A stretch of DNA of 64,000 bases from a virus. Below are positions 47,801-55,292 of the stretch, in pieces. The position numbers and the translations under genes were made by a program. Numbering within the stretch: position 1 is the stretch's first letter; every line of letters begins with the position of its first letter. Below the pieces are notes generated by a model. That model was not told where the DNA came from, did not search any database, and saw nothing but the letters and a program-made list of their open reading frames with translations. Location of the stretch: the IMG/VR virus record IMGVR_UViG_3300047476_000982, positions 1 to 64,000 of that record. The stretch is one strand, 5' to 3'.

Positions 47801-50800
47801 CATTAGCACCACTAGTTCCTGCTGATCCAGAACTACCTGATGAACCACTAACACCTGATGATCCAGATGATCCGCTTGATCCAGATGAGCCTGAGGAACC
47901 GCTTACTCCTGACGTACCTGAACTACCGGAAGATCCAGAACTACCATTTGCTCCTGATGTACCTGATGTACCACTAGTTGCTGTAGTAAATGATGTTCCG
48001 TTTATAGTTAATGATCCAGTAATATTTACAGAGCCTGTAAATTGATGAGTATTAGATAATTCACTACCAAATACTGTTGAGCCTGTAATATATTCTTGAG
48101 AAGATGTAATATTCTGTACAATAAGTGTTTGCGCTGTTATTGTTCCAGAACTTACAATACTTCCAGTTATACTAAGAGTATTATTAGAAAAAGATAAATT
48201 AGTTGATGCAGTTGCTGCATTTGTAGTGCCGTCTGATAATATTATTCTATTAGCTCCAGGATTATTGATGGTATTGAATCCTGTACCTGAAGTTCCTGAA
48301 GTACCTGATGATCCAGATGATCCGCTTGAACCATTAGCTCCTGATGTTCCACTACTGCCAGAAGTACCAGTTGATCCACTACTACCGCTTGTACCTGTTG
48401 AACCAGATGTGCCGCTAGAACCAGATGATCCATTTGCTCCGCTTGTTCCAGAAGATCCAGAACTACCTGCAGATCCTGAGCTACCAGATGTTCCACTAGA
48501 TCCGTTTGCTCCAGATGTCCCAGAACTTCCAGATGAACCACTTGAACCAGAAGTACCATTTGAACCATCGGCACCGGAAGTACCTGACGATCCTGAACTA
48601 CCTGAAGTTCCTGATTCTCCACTTGTGCCACTAGATCCTGAGCTGCCAGATGATCCACTAGAACCAGATAAACCTGAAGTACCTGATGAACCACTAGTTC
48701 CACTCTCTCCGCTTGTACCTGAAGACCCTGAACTACCTGATGTACCAGAAACTCCACTACTTCCAGAAGACCCTGATGTTCCCGCACTTCCTGATGAGCC
48801 GCTAGTACCGCTCTCTCCACTAGTTCCTGAGCTTCCTGATGTTCCAGAAGTACCCGATTCTCCAGAACTTCCACTAGATCCACTTGTTCCTGTAGAACCA
48901 GATGAACCAGAACTACCGCTTGAACCAGATGATCCAGTTGTACCAGAACTACCTGATGATCCAGAGCTGCCAGATGAACCATTAGCTCCCGATGTTCCAC
49001 TTGTACCTGAAGTCGCAGCAGTAAATGATGAACCATTTATAGTTAATGATCCAGTAATATTTACAGAACCTGTAAATTGATGAGTATTTGAAAGTTGAGA
49101 TCCAAAAACTGTTGATCCAGTTACATATTCAACACTAGAAGTTATTGTTTGAACAATTAAAGTTTGTGCAGTAATTGTATTTTGGATTAATGCATTTGAT
49201 GCAGTTATTGCTCCATTAATAGAAATATCTCCTAAATTATTTATTGATCCTGTAACTGATAAAATATTATTATCATAAGTTAAATTAGACGATGCAGTCG
49301 CTGCATTTGTTGTACCATCAGACAATATTATTCTGCCTTGACCAGCATTGCTAATAGTATTAAATCCTGTTCCTGAAGATCCTGCTGTACCGCTTGAGCC
49401 TGTAGAACCAGATGAGCCACTAGATCCGCTAGTGCCTGCAGATCCACTTGAACCTGCCGATCCTGAGCTGCCAGATGATCCGCTTTCCCCACTAGTGCCA
49501 GATGAACCAGAACTACCCGAAGTGCCAGATGTTCCAGAGCTTCCGCTAGATCCAGTTGAGCCAGAACTTCCAGATGTTCCTGATTCTCCACTAGTTCCTG
49601 AACTACCTGATGATCCAGAGCTACCAGACGTTCCCGACTCTCCACTAGTGCCAGATGATCCAGAGGAACCTGTACTACCAGATGATCCTGTAGAACCAGA
49701 AGATCCCGATGTACCTGTAGACCCAGAAGATCCTGATGTACCAGAACTTCCAGATGAACCTGAGGATCCAGATGTTCCACTTTCCCCACTAGTACCAGAA
49801 GATCCTGATGTACCTGTACTTCCAGAACTTCCTGATGATCCACTAGATCCAGAAGTACCTGAGCTACCGCTTGAACCTGAACTACCAGATGATCCAGCAG
49901 TTCCAGAAGTTCCTGATGTAGCTGCGGTGAAAGACGATCCATTTATACTTAATGATCCAGTAATATTTACTGAACCAGTAAACTCATGAGTATTAGATAA
50001 TTGAGAGCCGAATATAGTTGACCCAGTTACATATTCAATTGATGATGTAATTGTTTGTGCTACTATAGTTTGTGCAGTTAATGTTCCTCTAACTAAAAAA
50101 TTATCTGCAGAAGATGCTGTATCCGCTAATGTTGCAGATGCTGCTTTATTAGTATATTGAAATAAACCAGTAGATGGATTTACAGCAACTAAAGAGCCTG
50201 ATAATGAATTATTTTGAGCAATAACAGGATTGTAAATACTACCACTTATATTAATTGATCCAGTTAATTCATGTTGATTATTTGGATCTAATCTAAATTT
50301 TCTATTAGATATACTATCTTCTCCTCCAACAAAAAATTCAAGAGGGTAATTAGAAGCATTACCTATATATAAATAATTTCCTGTAGAATATAAATAGGCA
50401 TCACTTCCTAATCCAACCCCTCCAGTAACATTATAATTAGTGCTGTTAATACCTAAATTAATAAAGTTAGTAGTTTCAGTAGCATTGTCATTTTCAGCTA
50501 CTATATCTGAAGAAGCTTCACTTCCTGTTGATCTATTTTGTAAACTAAGTTGAGAGTAATTATCAACATCACCTTTTATTTGAACTAAATTATATGTTTC
50601 TGTACCTTGTATTCCTTCTATCCAAAGAGAAGCAGGATTAAATGAATCATATTGACTTGAGTTAATACTAATAGTACCTTGATTATGAATCCATAATCTA
50701 GCATTTTCAGTAGTATCAAAACCACCATTAAAGAAAATAATTTGTTTACCTGAAACAGCATTACCTATTAGTAAATTTTCACCTGTAGAATATAAATAAG

Positions 50801-51323
50801 CATCTAAAGCACTACCAATATATTGATTAGCATTATATCCAGAACCATTAATACCTAAATTAACATAATTAGCTTCTTCGTTTCCATTATCAGCAGTCGC
50901 TACAATATCTGAAGACGCACTAGGTCCTGAATTAAAATTTTTTATATTTAATTGAACATAACCATCTACATCAGCATGACCTGATATTAAATTATACGAA
51001 TTTGTTAAAGAGTTTACTAAAAAAGTTTCAATAGCTTCAGGATGTAATGATCCTGTTGCGTTTATAGCAGTAAAAGATCCTGATTGATAAATCGTACTAG
51101 AAACTAACGCTTCTGATCCAGAAAATACAGATAAATAAAATGAAGATCCACTAATAAAACCTGAACCTATAGTAACTATTTCTTCACCTGCAGAACCAGA
51201 TCTTTTCATAAACGCTTTACCATCATAGGTATTAAGCGCAATTTCACCAAGTTGTAAAGAAGCTGTATCAGGTATTCTACCTGGTACTGCGCTTCTACGC
51301 AGTTTCAGATACTGGTTTGACAT
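41841..51323 (-). CDS. Giant modular tail fibre (3160 aa): Mtd-N-like N-terminus, six Gly-Ser/Thr collagen-like blocks, YadA-like repeats
   Basis: LRRSAVPGRIP...GEIALNTYDGKAF N-terminus; six G-X-Y blocks; repeated NTHQFTGS and TGFNTI modules. Confidence 0.85.
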   Translation of the reverse strand: MSNQYLKLRRSAVPGRIPDTASLQLGEIALNTYDGKAFMKRSGSAGEEIVTIGSGFISGSSFYLSVFSGSEALVSSTIYQSGSFTAINATGSLHPEAIETFLVNSLTNSYNLISGHADVDGYVQLNIKNFNSGPSASSDIVATADNGNEEANYVNLGINGSGYNANQYIGSALDAYLYSTGENLLIGNAVSGKQIIFFNGGFDTTENARLWIHNQGTISINSSQYDSFNPASLWIEGIQGTETYNLVQIKGDVDNYSQLSLQNRSTGSEASSDIVAENDNATETTNFINLGINSTNYNVTGGVGLGSDAYLYSTGNYLYIGNASNYPLEFFVGGEDSISNRKFRLDPNNQHELTGSINISGSIYNPVIAQNNSLSGSLVAVNPSTGLFQYTNKAASATLADTASSADNFLVRGTLTAQTIVAQTITSSIEYVTGSTIFGSQLSNTHEFTGSVNITGSLSINGSSFTAATSGTSGTAGSSGSSGSSGSSGTSGSSGSSGSSGSTGTSGSSGTSGESGTSGSSGSSGSSGTSGSSGSTGTSGSSGSTGSSGSTGSSGSSGTSGESGTSGSSGSSGSSGTSGESGTSGSSGSTGSSGSSGTSGTSGSSGSSGTSGESGSSGSSGSAGSSGSAGTSGSSGSSGSTGSSGTAGSSGTGFNTISNAGQGRIILSDGTTNAATASSNLTYDNNILSVTGSINNLGDISINGAITASNALIQNTITAQTLIVQTITSSVEYVTGSTVFGSQLSNTHQFTGSVNITGSLTINGSSFTAATSGTSGTSGANGSSGSSGSSGSSGTTGSSGSSGSSGSSGSTGTSGSSGSSGESGTSGTSGSSGTSGESGTSGSSGSAGTSGSSGSSGVSGTSGSSGSSGTSGESGTSGSSGTSGLSGSSGSSGSSGSSGTSGESGTSGSSGSSGTSGADGSNGTSGSSGSSGSSGTSGANGSSGTSGSSGSAGSSGSSGTSGANGSSGSSGTSGSTGTSGSSGSTGTSGSSGTSGANGSSGSSGSSGTSGTSGTGFNTINNPGANRIILSDGTTNAATASTNLSFSNNTLSITGSIVSSGTITAQTLIVQNITSSQEYITGSTVFGSELSNTHQFTGSVNITGSLTINGTSFTTATSGTSGTSGANGSSGSSGSSGTSGVSGSSGSSGSSGSSGSSGVSGSSGSSGSAGTSGANGSSGSSGSSGTSGSSGSAGTSGANGSSGSSGTSGNSGTSGSSGSSGTAGSSGTSPTGLVASNYIVRGTKQGGSQTISNGVDTVVTFGDDFDPNNWLTSNKIQPTVAGYYITNAQVWWDAGSVTNNQSNIQFRKNGTTQIAIHQTQILSGSGYAQEIDAIIYFNGSTDYVEVTAYTGNPTSQNINSSGNGTWFEASLIVGGGTSGTAGSSGSSGSSGSSGSTGTSGSSGTSGANGSSGSSGSSGTSGTAGSSGSSGSTGTSGSSGSSGSSGTSGANGSSGSSGSAGSSGSSGSSGSTGTSGSSGSTGTSGSSGSTGSSGSSGTSGANGSSGSSGSSGSSGSSGSSGSSGTGFNTINNPALYRVLVSDGTTNAATASSVLTVSGSITTVSGSLTILQNLTVLGSASITYVSESTLNIGTNLITVNSNTPSVRYGGLAVIDSGSSPQRSGSWLFDSTKDRWIMIHQQPAGSSPTSSIGIMGPETYNNLGNETQITLNRLTKGYSGESGEHIGDSQITDDGTNVTIPGNVIITGSLTVSSSISASIFANPRGNITLIPSGGAGINTASIVLYGGLDWVREPSAVKTEIGDLISFASTMGIIDGGALSTASALTLQVAESVGYVMSQGGYANHNLFKINTRGTTTESRQITMPTSSDRYVYYNGSGILTSSATEPNSRFNVPLGRVITDSTSIVYIDRTPLDAHHYSNYVDRLFRDALGPIFQSGATTTQGIVSRSLDVTSAIYFFSEHRISTTGASPITFDAFYRSGSAGTGVGGSGFTRVASQTTASNTLYDSASFGTLQSIPSGKYTKHSLYMIGLPTTRYFLVYGQDLYDNVEAAEAGSLPTPPSFVTEQFALFASIVVTPDSASIQSIIDERPRLGFASPSRTGVVTLHGNLLGLDADDHQQYLLVDGTRAMQGNLSLDGNDITNVDNISATSITSSLFGTASWARNAISSSYPLAVSGSTIYSTVGTSYKTDVYNYGSVAIGNNIHSGSIVVFSNSGDNVLIGDSVAANSTASSDAVLIGASAGKNSDNNFYNVVVGAYAGLNTINSQESVLIGWLSGNGLVNSSEIVAIGESAAYGVKGATRSTFIGNSTAYSAKTGSYSIAIGFDAFSLSNNSISSIIIGNGTGNSLTSGSNSIIIGSFSGRNSTLGRNNIIIGTNISLPTNAQDSINIGGLIFATGSAWQGVNSNYTTYTANPFSGSANGRIGINQPNPQFSFDVSGSGRYTNGLTISGSTIISGSLRFPVYASTPTGTEEGQVYYNTTDDNIYRYNGSTWLSGAGSSGTSGTSGANGSSGSSGTSGSSGTSGANGSSGSSGTSGSSGTSGSSGTSGANGSSGSSGSSGTSGANGSSGSSGTSGSSGTSGANGSSGSSGTSGSSGTAGSSGTSGVSGSSGSSGSSGSSGTSGTGFNTITNPADNRILTSLGTTNTANAEANLTFDGTTLTVVGNIIAQTLNVQEVTSSREYVTGSSINGSLLTNTHQFTGSVSITGSLRIPVSTTNPVGTSAGQIYYNSTDNNIYRYNGTTWLAAAGSSGTSGSSGTSGSSGTSGSSGTSGANGSSGSSGTSGSSGTSGSSGTSGANGSSGSSGTSGANGSSGTSGSSGTSGANGTSGSSGTSGTRGSSGSSGTSGANGSSGSSGTSGSSGTSGANGSSGSSGSSGSSGTSGANGSSGSSGTSGANGSSGSSGSSGTSGANGSSGSSGTSGANGSSGSSGSSGTSGANGSSGSSGTSGANGSSGSSGSSGTSGANGSSGSSGTSGSSGTSGSSGTSGANGSSGSSGSSGSSGTSGTGFNTITNPVDNRVLTSLGTTNTANAEANLTFDGSTLTVTGNVTSTGTITAQTLSVQTVTSSVSFITGSTRFGTLTTNTHQFTGSVLINGGPLDLGIAEFNSTSSITTTGAVVVSSINTGSATSAFYNYTIASGSNARSGQVMSVWNGTTVRFTEVTTTDIGNTNSALFAVGISGANVQLQFTSSGVWTVKSIANLL
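42430..49926 (-). repeat. Six Gly-X-Y coding repeat blocks, approx. 42430-43212, 43579-43970, 46752-47206, 47640-47980, 48280-49020 and 49368-49926
   Basis: Gly at every third codon; X/Y almost all Ser/Thr with Ala-Asn, Glu-Ser and Val-Ser variants; ~3.27 kb in total. Confidence 0.9.
42616..42791. repeat. Exact 81-nt tandem duplication (~2.2 copies)
   Basis: 42616-42696 is identical to 42697-42777 and continues for 14 nt. Confidence 0.9.
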
Positions 51324-51374
51324 GTGACGTTATTAGTTAGTATATACTGGTTCAAAGACTATGTAGTCTCATGT

Positions 51375-51382
51375 ATAAATAT
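51375..51382 (-). promoter_or_regulatory. ATATTTAT motif before the giant fibre gene
   Basis: ~52 nt upstream of the ATG at 51323; followed by an AGACT-ACAT-AGTCT hairpin. Confidence 0.55.
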
Positions 51383-51603
51383 TAGTAATCTCCTAAATCC
51401 ATAGTATCAAAGCTGCCAGAATCTCCAAAAGAATCAATATTTTGTATAGTTAATGAACCTGTTTTTTCATTAGTAGAAGCTATATAAACAGAACCTGAAA
51501 TAATAAAATCTGCATTTTGTCCACTGCCACTTAAACTAAGTTGTGAATTAGCTTCATTATATTGAAGATTTGATAATATTTGTTTAAATTTTAACCTTGC
51601 CAT
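51382..51603 (-). CDS. Small hypothetical virion protein
   Basis: 73 aa; starts 1 nt after the upstream stop. Confidence 0.6.
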   Translation of the reverse strand: MARLKFKQILSNLQYNEANSQLSLSGSGQNADFIISGSVYIASTNEKTGSLTIQNIDSFGDSGSFDTMDLGDY

Positions 51604-51604
51604 A

Positions 51605-52867
51605 TTAGTTAAATTTACCTACTCCTATAATAACATCCGAAACTTCTAATTCGTACTGTAAAGCTGTTGTATCTAATACTAAAGTAGAAGATGTTGTATT
51701 ATTAGTAAAGCTTATTATACTTGTAGCTTCTACGTATTGACCATTTACAAAGAATGTAAAGTTATTTACGCTAGTAGCGGGAAGCCCTGTTGGAGCATCT
51801 AAGAAACCATATGGGAACGTTACTGTATTTGCTGATACAAATGTTCCTGTTGCAGTCTTGTTAGTATTTAAATAAGTTATTGCTGCCACATCAGTTCCAG
51901 TATTATTAGTTATATTATTTACAATATTCACAGAATCGTTTAATAGTACAGATTTAGATCCACCAGATTTTCCTTTTTTAACTCTAGCACTAAACTCTTC
52001 AGTGCCTGTAGAAGTTTCTAGTCCAAAAACTACTTTAGAAATCCCATAAGCGTTAGATGGAGTGGCTAATTTTTTATTTAAAGTATCAGGAATTAAATAA
52101 CCGTTTAAAGTAATATTAAAATTTGTTCTAACCGCACGATTGTCACCTATATCATAGGTTATGCTATCATCAAATGATTCAATTGAACTGTAAAAAAGAA
52201 AGCGATTTGGGTCACCCCAATAGCTTCTGGATGCGAAGTTTAGTGATTCAATAAGCTTATCCATTTGCTCAACAAAATAAGTCCAAACTATGCATTCATA
52301 CTCTACAGTTATATAATCTGGAGTAGCTGATACTACATACTTTGTTTCTGGTACTCTATTATTTAGCGCTCCAAAATTACTATAAATATTTCTTTGAGTA
52401 AATGCTTTTTTAAATAGTTGAACATTATAAACTTGATTACCATCTAATTTATATCCTAAATTACGATTTTGTGTTATAGAACTTCTTTTAAACATTAAAA
52501 GAGGCGCCATTAATTTTTCATTCTGATCTCTATAATAACCATCTCTTTGAACACTTTTCCAGTTTTCAGGAGTACCATAAATTACAGGAACAGTTAATTT
52601 AGAATTATTTTGAACTACAGATAATTTAAGATGATTATTAAAATAGTACATTAATGCTTCATCAACATCTTTTATACCAATAGTAAAATCTTTATCTCCA
52701 TTTTTTCTTTCGCTTATTTCATAAGCTCTATTTTGTTCAGGCTGTCCTAATTTAGTTGGTTCAGAAAAAGGTTTTTGCACTGTACCCTCATTTGGTGCAT
52801 AAGCAGGCCCAATGAGTTTACTCATAAATTCTTTTCTATTTTCAGGTCTAACTATTTGTATCGCCAT
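51605..52867 (-). CDS. Tail completion/terminator protein (T4 gp15-like) with a C-terminal beta-rich extension
   Basis: PVIYGTPENW, PDYITVEYECIVWT..QMDKLIE and F...GYLIP patterns; position after the neck genes. Confidence 0.6.
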   Translation of the reverse strand: MAIQIVRPENRKEFMSKLIGPAYAPNEGTVQKPFSEPTKLGQPEQNRAYEISERKNGDKDFTIGIKDVDEALMYYFNNHLKLSVVQNNSKLTVPVIYGTPENWKSVQRDGYYRDQNEKLMAPLLMFKRSSITQNRNLGYKLDGNQVYNVQLFKKAFTQRNIYSNFGALNNRVPETKYVVSATPDYITVEYECIVWTYFVEQMDKLIESLNFASRSYWGDPNRFLFYSSIESFDDSITYDIGDNRAVRTNFNITLNGYLIPDTLNKKLATPSNAYGISKVVFGLETSTGTEEFSARVKKGKSGGSKSVLLNDSVNIVNNITNNTGTDVAAITYLNTNKTATGTFVSANTVTFPYGFLDAPTGLPATSVNNFTFFVNGQYVEATSIISFTNNTTSSTLVLDTTALQYELEVSDVIIGVGKFN

Positions 52868-53358
52868 TATAATCTTTCTTTAGTTATACCAAGTTTATCA
52901 GGATTAACATAGTGTCCAGTTAAAATAATAGAATAAGATTGACCAAATCCTTCAACTGGTGTTGAATAAGAATAATCGGGATCTTTACCTAATATCAACT
53001 GGTTTTCATTTGTATTATTTATCTCATAATAAACTTCATTATACATAACTATATCTCCCATTTCTGGAACTATATTTGCTTCAATTAAATGGTCTTTAAA
53101 AAATCTAAAATCAACAGATCTTTCTGTATCAGGACCATAATCTGTATTTGTTCTACTAAAATCCCCTCTTACAATTAAGCAAGGAATTAAAACAGGTCCT
53201 ATAAAATATTTAGTTAAAGCTTCACCGTACATATTTACAGGAGTATCATTTAGCTTTATTTTATAATAGCCTACTTGTTGAGACACAATATCTTCAACGA
53301 TCTCTTTTGTAAAGATCTTAAATGTAGCTACATCCCTAGTAGATCCAAACATTGCCAT
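52867..53358 (-). CDS. Neck/head-closure protein (T4 gp14-like)
   Basis: 163 aa; NMYGEA, and PEMGDIV.YN..YYEI; position. Confidence 0.6.
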   Translation of the reverse strand: MAMFGSTRDVATFKIFTKEIVEDIVSQQVGYYKIKLNDTPVNMYGEALTKYFIGPVLIPCLIVRGDFSRTNTDYGPDTERSVDFRFFKDHLIEANIVPEMGDIVMYNEVYYEINNTNENQLILGKDPDYSYSTPVEGFGQSYSIILTGHYVNPDKLGITKERL

Positions 53359-53359
53359 A

Positions 53360-54535
53360 TTATCCTATATATATGAACATCGGTACCTCATTTAATGTAC
53401 TCGATATTGATTGATTTTCAGATTGTTTACGCTCTAACTGAGCTCTACGACTCATATCTTCAAAATCCCCTCTAAGTCTTTCTCTAAGAGCTGTTTGTTG
53501 TTCACGACCTTTACTAATTAAGTCTCCAGAATTTAAAGTAACTTCCGAACCAGGTGCAGGGATTTGTGAATATTTTCCTCTAATTAAACCAAGAAGTTCT
53601 GAGGCTAGGGCTAAAGTATATTCATAGATCCATTGTCTACCAGGATGATTAATTTGTTTGTATGTTATAGTTGAATATGGGGCAAGTCCTGGATTTGCTA
53701 TTAAACCTGGATCGGTTCCATAAGGACTATTTCCTGATATACTTTTTAATTCACTTTCTTTTGCATAATCAACCCAAACAACTATACCATCTTGTTCAGG
53801 CCAAGGAAATATAGTTAATTTATTATTTGTTATAGAAAAAGAATACATTGAACGACGAACATTATTTGACATTTCAATTTCTTGTATTCTAGATATATCC
53901 CAATAAATAGGAAATAAAACAAAGTTTAAGCCTGGTGAATAACTTGCCCAACCAAAATTTTCAGTTGCGCCTTGATAATTTATGCTACCTCCAATATATG
54001 GATCATAATACTGATTAATTGCTGGTTGAGCTTCATAATATATTCTATTAATAGAAATTCTATCTCCACTAGATATTAAACTTCCTGATAATGCCCATGC
54101 TTGTAAATCATAAGTCTGTTGACTAGCAGTTAGATATAATGCTGCTTTATATTGATTAACATACCCTCCTACTTGAATAGGCGTGCCATAATTTCCTGCT
54201 ACAGTAATTATAGAATTTAAATTAGGAACAACAACTGTATTATTTAATGATGAACCTGTAGATGCTCCTTCTAAAGAAAGATAGTTATCTTTTATTTTAG
54301 ATTGATAAAGTTCTTCTGCATAAACAGATACAGCTTCCTCAAAACAAGCATAAAAATTTATATCTTGTAATTCTACTTCCATTACAGGATAACCTAATTT
54401 ACGAGCACAATAATTTGCTACTTTAGGACCGTCTGCTTGGAAATTAAGATCTAAATCATAAAAACCAAATGGAGTAGATCCTGAAATAGGACCTGGAGTT
54501 CCATCATATATTACTGTTGTTGCTGTAGATGCCAT
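53360..54535 (-). CDS. Neck/adaptor protein (T4 gp13-like)
   Basis: RKLGYPVMEVELQD; WIYEYTLALA..LLG.IRGKYS.IP.PG..VTLN...L. Confidence 0.7.
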   Translation of the reverse strand: MASTATTVIYDGTPGPISGSTPFGFYDLDLNFQADGPKVANYCARKLGYPVMEVELQDINFYACFEEAVSVYAEELYQSKIKDNYLSLEGASTGSSLNNTVVVPNLNSIITVAGNYGTPIQVGGYVNQYKAALYLTASQQTYDLQAWALSGSLISSGDRISINRIYYEAQPAINQYYDPYIGGSINYQGATENFGWASYSPGLNFVLFPIYWDISRIQEIEMSNNVRRSMYSFSITNNKLTIFPWPEQDGIVVWVDYAKESELKSISGNSPYGTDPGLIANPGLAPYSTITYKQINHPGRQWIYEYTLALASELLGLIRGKYSQIPAPGSEVTLNSGDLISKGREQQTALRERLRGDFEDMSRRAQLERKQSENQSISSTLNEVPMFIYIG

Positions 54536-55200
54536 TAATCGTGTGCTTTATATATTTCAAGAATATGTTCTACTATTGGATCACGATGATTTGTTTTCAA
54601 AGTGACTACTGCAAAACCTGGCACTTCTTTAAAATTAGTGCATATGAAATTAAAACCACTTATTTTTTTATCTTTTAAATCTATCTGAGCAGTATCACCG
54701 CATATAATCATTTTACTGCCTTGACAAATTCTGCCTAATAATAACTCCATTTGTCTATGAGTTATGTTTTGACCTTCATCTACTACTACGCAACAATTAG
54801 TTAAGTTTCTCCCTCTCATAAAAGCTAAAGGTATTACTTCAATATTACCTTCTGCTAATTCTTTATCTATTTTTTCCTTATTATAAAGTCTATACATATT
54901 GTCATATATAGCTGCTGTATAAGGAGCAAGTTTATCATCTTTAGAGCCAGGTAAAAAACCAATATCTTCACCTGATGTAACCGCCGGCCTTGTTAAAATA
55001 ACTTTTTCAACTTCTTTACGAAATAGCAAATCAAGAGCTATTTGAGCTGCGACTAATGATTTACCTGAACCAGCCTGTCCTTTTAAAACTGTTATTTTAT
55101 TATTTAGTATAACTAATTTGGCTTCTTTTTGTTCTTCATTAAGTTGAACTTGAAATCTAATCTCATTTTTGGGTCTACGCTTAGCACTTTTATCAACCAT
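54535..55200 (-). CDS. phoH: PhoH-family ATPase (start reassigned to the ATG at 55200)
   Basis: Walker A GQAGSGKS; RPAV..GEDIGFLPG, LAFMRGR, DEGQN, GD..Q.DL and NHRDPIV; the motif and terminator upstream support the shorter start. Confidence 0.9.
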   Translation of the reverse strand: MVDKSAKRRPKNEIRFQVQLNEEQKEAKLVILNNKITVLKGQAGSGKSLVAAQIALDLLFRKEVEKVILTRPAVTSGEDIGFLPGSKDDKLAPYTAAIYDNMYRLYNKEKIDKELAEGNIEVIPLAFMRGRNLTNCCVVVDEGQNITHRQMELLLGRICQGSKMIICGDTAQIDLKDKKISGFNFICTNFKEVPGFAVVTLKTNHRDPIVEHILEIYKAHD

Positions 55201-55217
55201 GTTATAACGCCTTTCAA

Positions 55218-55225
55218 ATAAATAT
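55218..55225 (-). promoter_or_regulatory. ATATTTAT motif before phoH
   Basis: ~18 nt upstream of the ATG at 55200. Confidence 0.55.
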
Positions 55226-55236
55226 TGATTAACAGT

Positions 55237-55266
55237 AAATAAAAAACCCAACCTTACGGGGTTGGG
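55237..55266 (-). terminator. Intrinsic terminator after the major capsid gene
   Basis: CCCAACC-CCGTAA-GGTTGGG stem followed by TTTTTTATTT. Confidence 0.85.
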
Positions 55267-55292
55267 CTTTTATAATCTATAGTAGAGTTAAA

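Noticed and set aside
38185-49926. CRISPR array or satellite interpretation of the repeats
   Set aside because: No constant repeat with unique spacers; the periodicity is 9 nt at protein level and in frame
38179-49942. Minus-strand alternative-frame ORFs rich in Q/V/L/H/D (38179-38910, 42389-43141, 43634-43990, 46739-47212, 47624-47854, 48242-49036, 49328-49942)
   Set aside because: Out-of-frame readings of the same repeats, fully nested in the fibre genes
42328-49989. Long plus-strand Pro/Asp/Glu-rich ORFs (42328-43248, 46651-47262, 48226-49080, 49348-49989)
   Set aside because: Antisense shadows of Gly/Ser/Thr codon repeats, which lack stops in that frame. They begin and end with the repeat blocks and have no credible start signals.
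55201-55251. Extended PhoH N-terminus (MGFLFTVNQY...)
   Set aside because: It overlaps the capsid terminator and contains the promoter-like motif; the ATG at 55200 fits better
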